Part shown: positions 58,001 through 64,000 of the stretch, piece by piece
How the letters are laid out: the number at the start of each line of letters is the position of its first letter
How positions within the stretch are numbered: position 1 is the first letter of the stretch
IMG/VR virus record: IMGVR_UViG_3300028048_000102
Coordinates: 31,568 to 95,567 of that record
Length of the DNA stretch: 64,000 nucleotides
Direction: 5' to 3' (one strand)
Source of the DNA: a virus
Lineage: Duplodnaviria > Caudoviricetes
Program-made: the position numbers and the translations under genes
The notes under the pieces: generated by a model
Databases searched by the model: none
Told to the model about the DNA's origin: nothing
What the model saw: only the letters and a program-made list of their open reading frames with translations

Positions 58001-61000
58001 AATGCAATATTTGGAGCTGGTAAAGCAGCGAGTGAAGGTCTTTCTAAGGTTAAAAGTATATTTAGTGGTGGAGAAGCCGCAAAAGGTGCTTCAACTGCTC
58101 TTGAAAGTGCAATGAATATGCTTAAGCAAGGATACAATCTTAATTATGTAGCTCAAGCTAATGGTATTCCTGTTAAAGAACTTGAAGCTTTTGCTAAAGA
58201 ATCAGGAGAAGTTTTAAAGGGTGTTGAAGAAGGTGGAAAAGTTGTTACTGAAGGAGCTTCTTTATTATCTAAAATACCTGGAGGAGAAACTTTAGGTAAA
58301 ATTGGCGGAACTGCAATGAAAGGTATAAATTTAGTAAATTTTCTTGATAAAACTCATAGTGCATATAAGTTCGCTACTGCTGATAGTATGGCAGATAGAG
58401 AAAAAATGTTAAAAGATTACTGGAATAATTCTGCATGGTGGGAAAAAGGTTTAGATGCATGGATGACTTATGATGCAGTTAAATATGGTAAAGATTTATA
58501 TACTAAAGGAAAGAACTTAATTACAGGTGGAGCAGAACTTGGTAAAGCTGGTGCAGAAGCTGCTAGTCTTGTTCCTAAAACTGCAGAAGCTGGTGGAGGC
58601 ATCTTAAATACAATTAAAAATTATGGTGCTAAAGCTGGTGAATTTGGTACTAAAGTGGCTAATACAACTACAGAATTAGGAACTAAAGCTGGTGAATTTG
58701 GATCTAAAGTTGCAGATAAAGCTGGTGGAATAGCCGAAAATATGCAAACCATCATAAATAAAGTAACAGAATTACTTAATAAATGTATATCTAAAATATC
58801 TAGTATAGTTCCTGAAAAATTTGGTAAAGCTATGTTGAAGATGAAAGACTTTATTCTCAAGAAGCTTGCTAATCCTGCTACATATAAGGTAATTGTTAAA
58901 GCTGGTGGTAAAGCACTTGGTAAGTTAGGTTTGGCAGCTACTGGTGTTGGTGCTATTGTAACTGCTGGATGGATGGCTGTAGATGGTGCTATATCATTCT
59001 ATGATGGTTTTAATGATGCTATAAATATTCTTGGTCTTAGTGGTAATTATGATGCTCCTTTAGATGTAAAGATGCTTGCTGGTTCAATTAATGCAATCTT
59101 AGAATCATCCATTGTTGGTCCAATTATTATGGAACCTAAAGAATTTGCTGATTGGTGTTTAACTAACGTTGGTCCAATGGTTGGTGTCACTAGAGAACAA
59201 TTGGAAGAAGATTGTAAAAAGGCAGATGAAAATCCTCCTGGTATAATAGATACTGGTTTGACTATGCTTAAATACAATCCTCTTACTGCAGGAGTAGGCA
59301 TTGGAGGAAAATGGCTTAAAGATAAAATTACAAATTCTGATACATATAAAAATGCTAAAGAATTTGTAGGAAATAAAATTGATGATTTTTATAAAGGAGC
59401 AGAAGAACTTGGTGGAAAAGCTAAACAAACTCTTAATGCTGGTATAGATATTGCATCTAAATTCTATGAAGGAATAAAAGATAAATCTTCTGAACTACTT
59501 AAAGGATTTTCAGAAAATATATCTCAATTAACTAATTTCATTGGCGAAGGTTGGGAAGGACTTTCTTCTAAAATTAGTTCTGGAATAGGTTCTGTACTTA
59601 GTAATCTTGGAACTGTAGGTAGTAATGTAATACAAAGAATTCAAAATAGTGCTCTTGGTAAAACAGTAAGTGGCTTATGGAATAGTGCTAAAACTAAATT
59701 TACTAATACTAAAAATTGGGTTTCTGATAAATGGACTAAATTTAAAAATTGGGTTGGTGGAAATAAAAGTGGTAAAGGTAAATGGGGTCTAGGTAGTAAA
59801 GAAGATACTGCAATCAGTATATTCCATTCTCAGTTAGATCCTAATAATGCTATGTCTTATAATGCTCCTGGAGATACTATATCTCAAACTATGAGTGATT
59901 CTGCATGTGGACCTACATCAGGTACTAATGCTCTTGCTGCGTTAGGTATAAAAGCTGATCCTAAAGATGCAGCTACTTATGCATTGAAGCATGGCTATAA
60001 AGAAAAGAATGGTGGAACTAAAGATGGATTCTTTGGAGATTTCTTAGGAAAATATGGGGTCGGAACTAAACATATAGCTCCTGGAAATGCTACAGAATCT
60101 ATGAGAAAAGGTAAACCTGTAATTCTTATGGGTCAGGATAAATCTAATAATCCTATATTAGATGCTACTGGCAAAGGAAAGACTCCATTTGGAACTAATC
60201 CACACTATGTAGTAGGAACTGGTTATAATCCTAAAACTGGTAAAATGAAGGTTATAGATTCTGAAGACCCAATGCCTGTTGAAAAGGAATTTAAAGCTAG
60301 TAATGTATTGAATAAAACATCTATTGCTATTGATACTGCTAATAAGAAAGGAACTGGTAAATGGGGAACTGGTGGCGGATCTACTGCTATGGGCTATAGA
60401 AAAGGAAATACTTATTATTCTGATAAATCTGATATGTATAATGATAGTAATAGTGGAGGATCTGGTTCTTATGGTAGTGCATCAGTAAATGATAAATTTG
60501 ATGCAATGAAAGATGCATATAAAAATAGCAGTACTAATAATGAATCAGTAGATGAGAAATTAACTAAATTTGATAAGAATGATGTTGATTATCTGCTTAA
60601 TAATGGATATAGTAAAAGTGAAGCATTAAAGGCACTTGAAGAAAATGCTAATAAGAATGGTGGAGGATCTGGTAGTATTGATAGTAATGGGCCTAAGAAA
60701 GGTACTATGGCTTTAGATTGGTTGATGAAGCATATGCCTGGAGCTGTTATTACTAGTAAATTTAAAGATACTGAAGGTAGACCTACTCCTGGTGAGCATG
60801 GTGGCATCGATATTGCTGCTGCAGAAAATACTCCAATACCTTCTACTACTGATGGTGAAGTAGTTGATGCTACTGATGGAAATCCTGGATATGGCAACTA
60901 TGTTCAAGTAAAAGATAAAGCTGGAAACTTCCACATGTATGGCCATATGAATACTAGAAAAGTAAATAAAGGTGCTAAAGTTAAAACTGGTGATGTTTTA

Positions 61001-64000
61001 GGATTAGAAGGTTCAACTGGTCAGTCTACTGGACCTCATGTTCATTATGAAATTGACCCGCCTTCAAATCAGAATGCAGTTAAATCTGGTGAACATCTAA
61101 ACCCTGCTACTTATGATATAGGTAATATGGGTAATCCTACTAGTGGAGTTAATTCAACTAAAGGAAAGAATAAAAATAAAAAGAAGTATAAAGGGTTATT
61201 TGGTGCATTTGATGCGATAATGGATACCCTTCATGCTATTTTATTTGGCGAAGATGATGAAGAAAATTCTGATAATGGTGGCGGTTCTGGTTCTTATAGT
61301 GGAAAATTCAATGGAACTGGAGAAAATGCTAAAGATGTATTTAAATACTTAGTAAATAATGGATATACTGAAACTGCGGCTGCAGCAATTACTGGTACTT
61401 GGAATGAAGAATCTGGAGTTAAGTCTAAACGTATAGAAGGAGACTTCTTACTTGGAGACAATTTTGATTATAATATATTAAAAGATAATAATGGATTAGA
61501 TGATTATACTAAAAAATTATGGGCTAAAACTCCTGGTGGAGTTAATGAAGAAGCATACTATGGTACTGATGGTCATCTTTATCCTGGACTTGGTTTAGCA
61601 CAATGGACTGGACCAAGAGGTCAGAAATTGTATGAATTTGGTAAGGATAAATGGTTTGAACTCGGTCCTCAGATTGAATTCTTTAATAATGAGATGTCTG
61701 GAAGTTATAGTTCTGTAAAACAAGATATAAATAATACAAATAGTATTGAAAATGCTACTAGAAGATTTGTTAAAGGATTTGAAGGTTATGAAGGCCCGAA
61801 AATGCAGGCTAGAATCGATTCTGCGAAAGCAATGTTTGAGCAGTTCGGTAATGGAAAAGTTAAAAATGAGAAAGATGATGGAACTAGTCAAAATAATAAT
61901 GATACTACTAATTCTAATAATACTGAAAATCCAGATAATATAGCTAATGATGAGTATTATACTCCTCAAATTACTAACTGGATTACTGCAGGTGTAGAAA
62001 AGGGATTATCTAAATATAGAGCAAATGATGTTCAATATTTACTTGATCAAGGTTATAGTAAACGAGAAGCTTTAGATGCACTTGAAAAAGAAGCTAAAGA
62101 AAATGGTGGCGGATCTGGTTCTTATAGTAGTGGTAAGCAAAATCCTGCATCTACTGCTATGGGTTATAGAAAAGGAAGTAATATTTATTCTGATAAATCT
62201 GGTATGTATAATAATAACGGTAATAGTGGAGGCTATGGTAAATGGGGACTCGGTCTTGGTAATCTTAAAGCTAAATTTGGTGGAAGCAAATGGGGAACTG
62301 GAAACGGTTCTGCTATTTGGGAGTATCTTAAAGGTAAAGGTCTTGGTTCTAGTACCATTGCTGGTATTATGGGTAATATGCAAGCTGAGTCTAGCTTAGA
62401 GCCTAATATAGTACAAGGTGGTGGACATGCTGACGAAATTACTGTAGATGGTACTACTGGATATGGTTTGTGTCAGTGGACTTCTCAGGGTAGACAGCAA
62501 GGATTGAAAGATTTTGCAGCTTCTAAAGGAACTAAATCTAGTGATCTAAATACTCAGTTAGACTTTATGCTTAAAGAAGTTGCTGAAGGTTATGGAGATC
62601 TTTTACAAAAGATGGACGGTATGACTCCATATGATGCTGCTCTATTATTCCATAAAGAATTTGAAAGATCTGCTGATACTGAACAAATGGCTGCTCGTCG
62701 TGGTAAATATGCTGAAGAGATAGCTAAAACTGAAGGTAAAGGTGAAAGCTTTAATGGTACTTACTCTGGTGGAGCAAATTCTTCCAAGAGTGGTGGTCAG
62801 AAAAAGTATAAAGGATTATTCGGTGCATTTGAAGCTATAACTGATGTATTTAAAGCACTTATTGGTGCAGATGAACCTAGTGGATCTTCTGGATCCTTTG
62901 GTGGAGTAGGTGGAGGTCATTCATCTGATGCTGGTATTCAAGCTGCATCTTCATGGGCTAATTCTATGACTGGTCAGCAAGGATTTGGTAATAATGGATG
63001 TACTGAGTTCGTTAAGCAGTACTTACAGAAAGCTGGTAATCCTGTTGGGCAGTATATGGCTGATGGATCTCAGGGAAATCTTATGTGGGTACCAACTCTT
63101 GAAGATTGGGCGAAGAAAAACAATATGTTTAAGCCTGCATCTGCAGGAGGAGCAGAAGGAGACGTTGCTATTTGTAATGACCATGGTCACGTTATTATTG
63201 CTGATGGAGACGGTGGTTATTGGGGTAATAGTTCCTCTAAAAATAAGATAGTTCATTCAACTAGTATATCAAATGACTTTAATACTCCAGACGGATATAT
63301 TTCAACAGGTTCTGGTCAATCTACCGTATCTGAAGGTAAAGCTAAACGAAGTGCTGCGGATATGATGGCTGATGGTGGTACTAGTAATGGTTGGGGAGGT
63401 AGTAAATGGGGAACTGGAGGAATTTTTGGTTTCCTATCTAATCTTACTGGAACTAACTTAGATAGTACTTGGGAGAATCTTAAGCATACTGGTGAAGAAA
63501 TAGCTACATTGTGGAATCCTCATTTGAGGAAGAAGAGAGAAGAAACTAGAACAATGTTTGATGAAGATATTGATAGAATTAATTCATATAATGAAGCTAT
63601 TCAATTTCTTAATCAAATCACTATTCCTATGGATAAAATACCTAAAGAATTTATGATTAAAGAATCTGATGGTATTGCTACTATAAGATATAAGCTTAGA
63701 AATATTGTAAGTAAAGTAGATCCAAATGTATTAAATGGTGATAATACATCTACTTATTCTGAATCTGGTGAAGAAAATACTGAAGGCTTAATTGATGGTA
63801 AGTATGAAAAGAACGATGTAGATTATCTGATGAATAATGGCTATACTAAAGAAGCTGCTATAGAATTACTTTCTAAGCATCCTAAATATGCTGGAAAGAA
63901 AGCTGGAAAAACTACTACAGCTAATAAAACTAAATCTACTACTCCTGCTGCTAAATCATTCTTAGATATAGTTAAAGATTCTTTTGGTAAGAGAGTAAAA
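52031..64000 (+). CDS. giant tape-measure / virion-associated multi-domain peptidoglycan hydrolase (>3990 aa, runs off the window)
   Basis: ATG at 52031 (MTPVVEYIKN); the same frame is open at the window end. Gly/Ala hydrophobic segments and amphipathic repeats; C39-like, M23, two phage-tail-lysozyme-like and one CHAP/NlpC-like domain. Absent from the ORF track, consistent with no stop in the window. Confidence 0.85.
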   Translation, partial: MTPVVEYIKNVGKSFVYTTVEQLKMDMPATKEFMDSNEELFKDTYHSIMNIRRTKNRFVASIKRTGLYEAADYAFDNIVDSFKTGKFNDPYRQAKADSEMFDFGDFESGDSDMSISNLGDSTSTGGSMDENTKAVLDSGAANAKTVSTATLESARYIAGVSKANTSLLFNQTLQMNQTLSAGFSGLNAGMDSLNKFNIEVVQTLAQNATTFFQKTTDILKENNAMFKEFLEMQRNLYRKENEETKGHDLEDVLGVNGTPNLKAYKNMILKNIKNEVGEYFGVDLESILDGPMLKSMMANPLSAIPGIMMSAAMGPMLRVSLKKMDDTISGLFTNFLAKMTFNANDDNAPWYKQLFGKIFGAHYLDKSGIRTENTKNGPTPFDFQTKRAITEVIPGYLARIEAGITGNSPKLYDDRSGKWTDIKTVKRQFENQQESNKLQGSSELNYEMNRNMRDSNLDEKIIKIMNQAMEKVAKQRYADNGHLETFDGDISKFADYYGLDEKVAKLFAELYNSTSKETRSKTAGNIIQSKLQNIRSLKDEEKLGNQSLYRQLFTEGFDDIAENIGGAFDLNNMSDKHGATVFDYLRSIDINTSNIGAGKGKKRKGKGTWKDKQNTPVLDTIEEEENYNTLDIDEDQMNELAQRIAEAGKTNRDLDLQLKLKDKETNITDHIAELLDNLDELVHINDMKYKGNFGTKYITNNKTLQDLIKKAQVPGNTLAKLIDKANNKLDDGADIPVVPSYSDGAVEVKRSGIGIFSGGEIIIPNASEKQRKLDAINEEKIRQKFISQAKDAPAFSEGGEYKTDDNQKPKKPTMNSFVKDVKGWVGNLKSEIDGEAVGIDSVYNRIKEIIIGDSDKETKEAVKKVEDEIKSKVPNAATGGVLGAIGGTMIGGPLVGAVLGSALGIASSTETVQSALFGDKILDENGNDTGKRDNAGAFSQEAQKTMKKYLPDMKKFGIGGALLGMFTPFGILGGALMGSAVGFIKNNEQAQETLFGKDGLIPEDAQQKLKKYFPSAAKGGAAALFLGLAGGLGGVPLLGVAALGAGAGLLTTTDEFKDEILGKKGKDGKRHGGVLEEFKKTVTSPFKKFGKDMTDGFKKWFKEDIAAPVVSAMAPMGKQMALMAKDTIKLGKKLVKGIMAGNTGIPLIDNIMGSKVGQFARKWGKKLGGGALSGVKWLASAPSKLIGKFGDKLRERQIRMGNADYMTAEGRMNFMADKGDYEGRATDELLAGMRLDHLEQYKDITKSLKEGPEHFDENIRDIKKNLGKSLSQSLNGRINNSAAKELSKLVNNGKLEEAQDYLSKLDIPKNKKAELAKMIQNAATGIKESEYKRDNFEEHRSKSFDKLSKLFGQDINESNVDKINDYLNKEYDARTKEDEEFKELTEEDKLADVIAGKSDEQISELQELNETAKLIKELIGGSIDLTSEQKASLNKYAESGKKIMDKTVGAADKANRQRQTAMSKLFGDKGLDRNTRDKIRNDDSGKFTAQLTKFHKTGASKIIDANYFSSLDSETRDLYNTLSEQGYVIENIDVIAKLSSTKKEKLLKLTSAGFKVESIRDLTNLKDDDIEMITKIIKYPEMQKLPQKTLIRFASKYGNRFLNDEKYRKEVLTDAATKGKSFTGKIAEDNLHKNPDYMSASERSAFMESKGKGYESKEEKETESQKPEDIKTYSLGGLIKSAGAAIVSKGEKILKAGSKAAKNWAKNKIKEKFENSAVGRVYKKATNLKATVSNALSANGEASGMTMTKGADGKQVAANTKENADIKKAEQQKESMQNDNNATLHQLVEINQQIAANTTPAEEKPGGGMLGSLLTLLGTWLLPKLLKGFKWFKDAWNKGKKIVTKISEWVGKIPTLIDDGIKFIKEIPTKIKEFFGKVPELIDDGVKFIKAIPDKIDDTIKFIKEIPTKIGEGLTTLGNRIMKFFDFLPGAPKVIEETGKVVKETGEAVKGAEEAGKVVKETGEAVKGAEEAGKVVTEVTEGSSLLSKAKNAIFGAGKAASEGLSKVKSIFSGGEAAKGASTALESAMNMLKQGYNLNYVAQANGIPVKELEAFAKESGEVLKGVEEGGKVVTEGASLLSKIPGGETLGKIGGTAMKGINLVNFLDKTHSAYKFATADSMADREKMLKDYWNNSAWWEKGLDAWMTYDAVKYGKDLYTKGKNLITGGAELGKAGAEAASLVPKTAEAGGGILNTIKNYGAKAGEFGTKVANTTTELGTKAGEFGSKVADKAGGIAENMQTIINKVTELLNKCISKISSIVPEKFGKAMLKMKDFILKKLANPATYKVIVKAGGKALGKLGLAATGVGAIVTAGWMAVDGAISFYDGFNDAINILGLSGNYDAPLDVKMLAGSINAILESSIVGPIIMEPKEFADWCLTNVGPMVGVTREQLEEDCKKADENPPGIIDTGLTMLKYNPLTAGVGIGGKWLKDKITNSDTYKNAKEFVGNKIDDFYKGAEELGGKAKQTLNAGIDIASKFYEGIKDKSSELLKGFSENISQLTNFIGEGWEGLSSKISSGIGSVLSNLGTVGSNVIQRIQNSALGKTVSGLWNSAKTKFTNTKNWVSDKWTKFKNWVGGNKSGKGKWGLGSKEDTAISIFHSQLDPNNAMSYNAPGDTISQTMSDSACGPTSGTNALAALGIKADPKDAATYALKHGYKEKNGGTKDGFFGDFLGKYGVGTKHIAPGNATESMRKGKPVILMGQDKSNNPILDATGKGKTPFGTNPHYVVGTGYNPKTGKMKVIDSEDPMPVEKEFKASNVLNKTSIAIDTANKKGTGKWGTGGGSTAMGYRKGNTYYSDKSDMYNDSNSGGSGSYGSASVNDKFDAMKDAYKNSSTNNESVDEKLTKFDKNDVDYLLNNGYSKSEALKALEENANKNGGGSGSIDSNGPKKGTMALDWLMKHMPGAVITSKFKDTEGRPTPGEHGGIDIAAAENTPIPSTTDGEVVDATDGNPGYGNYVQVKDKAGNFHMYGHMNTRKVNKGAKVKTGDVLGLEGSTGQSTGPHVHYEIDPPSNQNAVKSGEHLNPATYDIGNMGNPTSGVNSTKGKNKNKKKYKGLFGAFDAIMDTLHAILFGEDDEENSDNGGGSGSYSGKFNGTGENAKDVFKYLVNNGYTETAAAAITGTWNEESGVKSKRIEGDFLLGDNFDYNILKDNNGLDDYTKKLWAKTPGGVNEEAYYGTDGHLYPGLGLAQWTGPRGQKLYEFGKDKWFELGPQIEFFNNEMSGSYSSVKQDINNTNSIENATRRFVKGFEGYEGPKMQARIDSAKAMFEQFGNGKVKNEKDDGTSQNNNDTTNSNNTENPDNIANDEYYTPQITNWITAGVEKGLSKYRANDVQYLLDQGYSKREALDALEKEAKENGGGSGSYSSGKQNPASTAMGYRKGSNIYSDKSGMYNNNGNSGGYGKWGLGLGNLKAKFGGSKWGTGNGSAIWEYLKGKGLGSSTIAGIMGNMQAESSLEPNIVQGGGHADEITVDGTTGYGLCQWTSQGRQQGLKDFAASKGTKSSDLNTQLDFMLKEVAEGYGDLLQKMDGMTPYDAALLFHKEFERSADTEQMAARRGKYAEEIAKTEGKGESFNGTYSGGANSSKSGGQKKYKGLFGAFEAITDVFKALIGADEPSGSSGSFGGVGGGHSSDAGIQAASSWANSMTGQQGFGNNGCTEFVKQYLQKAGNPVGQYMADGSQGNLMWVPTLEDWAKKNNMFKPASAGGAEGDVAICNDHGHVIIADGDGGYWGNSSSKNKIVHSTSISNDFNTPDGYISTGSGQSTVSEGKAKRSAADMMADGGTSNGWGGSKWGTGGIFGFLSNLTGTNLDSTWENLKHTGEEIATLWNPHLRKKREETRTMFDEDIDRINSYNEAIQFLNQITIPMDKIPKEFMIKESDGIATIRYKLRNIVSKVDPNVLNGDNTSTYSESGEENTEGLIDGKYEKNDVDYLMNNGYTKEAAIELLSKHPKYAGKKAGKTTTANKTKSTTPAAKSFLDIVKDSFGKRVK
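57848..57959 (+). repeat. 51-nt in-frame tandem repeat (two full copies plus a partial)
   Basis: KVVKETGEAVKGAEEAG x2. Confidence 0.9.

Noticed and set aside
52306-63256. Many short ORFs on both strands in the ORF track
   Set aside because: They are shadows of the single giant plus-strand ORF starting at 52031.
1-64000. Alternative genetic code (stop-codon reassignment)
   Set aside because: Long genes are intact in the standard code, and TAG (2553, 9289) and TGA (6266, 12762) act as stops followed by new SD/starts.
1-64000. CRISPR array, tRNA or rRNA genes
   Set aside because: No regularly spaced repeat-spacer array and no recognisable tRNA or rRNA seen by eye; the hairpin family is dispersed. 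A tRNAscan run would be needed to be certain.

Overview
Very AT-rich 64-kb segment of a jumbo myophage of the phiKZ/AR9-like type. It encodes three separate multisubunit RNA polymerase fragments, a split family-B DNA polymerase, a large terminase, tail sheath and tube, and a >3990-aa tape-measure/virion-lysin ORF (52031 to the window end) that the ORF track omits. The endolysin resembles Negativicutes (Selenomonas/Veillonella-like) amidases, which is only a hint about the host. The standout region is 1-12.8 kb: seven radical SAM/SPASM enzymes, two Cys/Gln-rich proteins and a methyltransferase sit inside the tail-fibre module. This suggests a phage-encoded system that post-translationally modifies virion fibre proteins (inference). 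Other signals: six proteins sharing an N-terminal MILD(E/S/D)(V/I)L tag (candidate capsid-targeting peptide; two cargos are Zn proteases); in-frame G10 tracts at the same position in two paralogous genes (candidate phase variation); two phage promoter motifs (AAATATACTATATATATGAG and RAC(A/T)-N6-TA); a family of related GC-rich hairpins; and a candidate small RNA upstream of the terminase. All functional calls come from motif recognition by eye; no searches were run.
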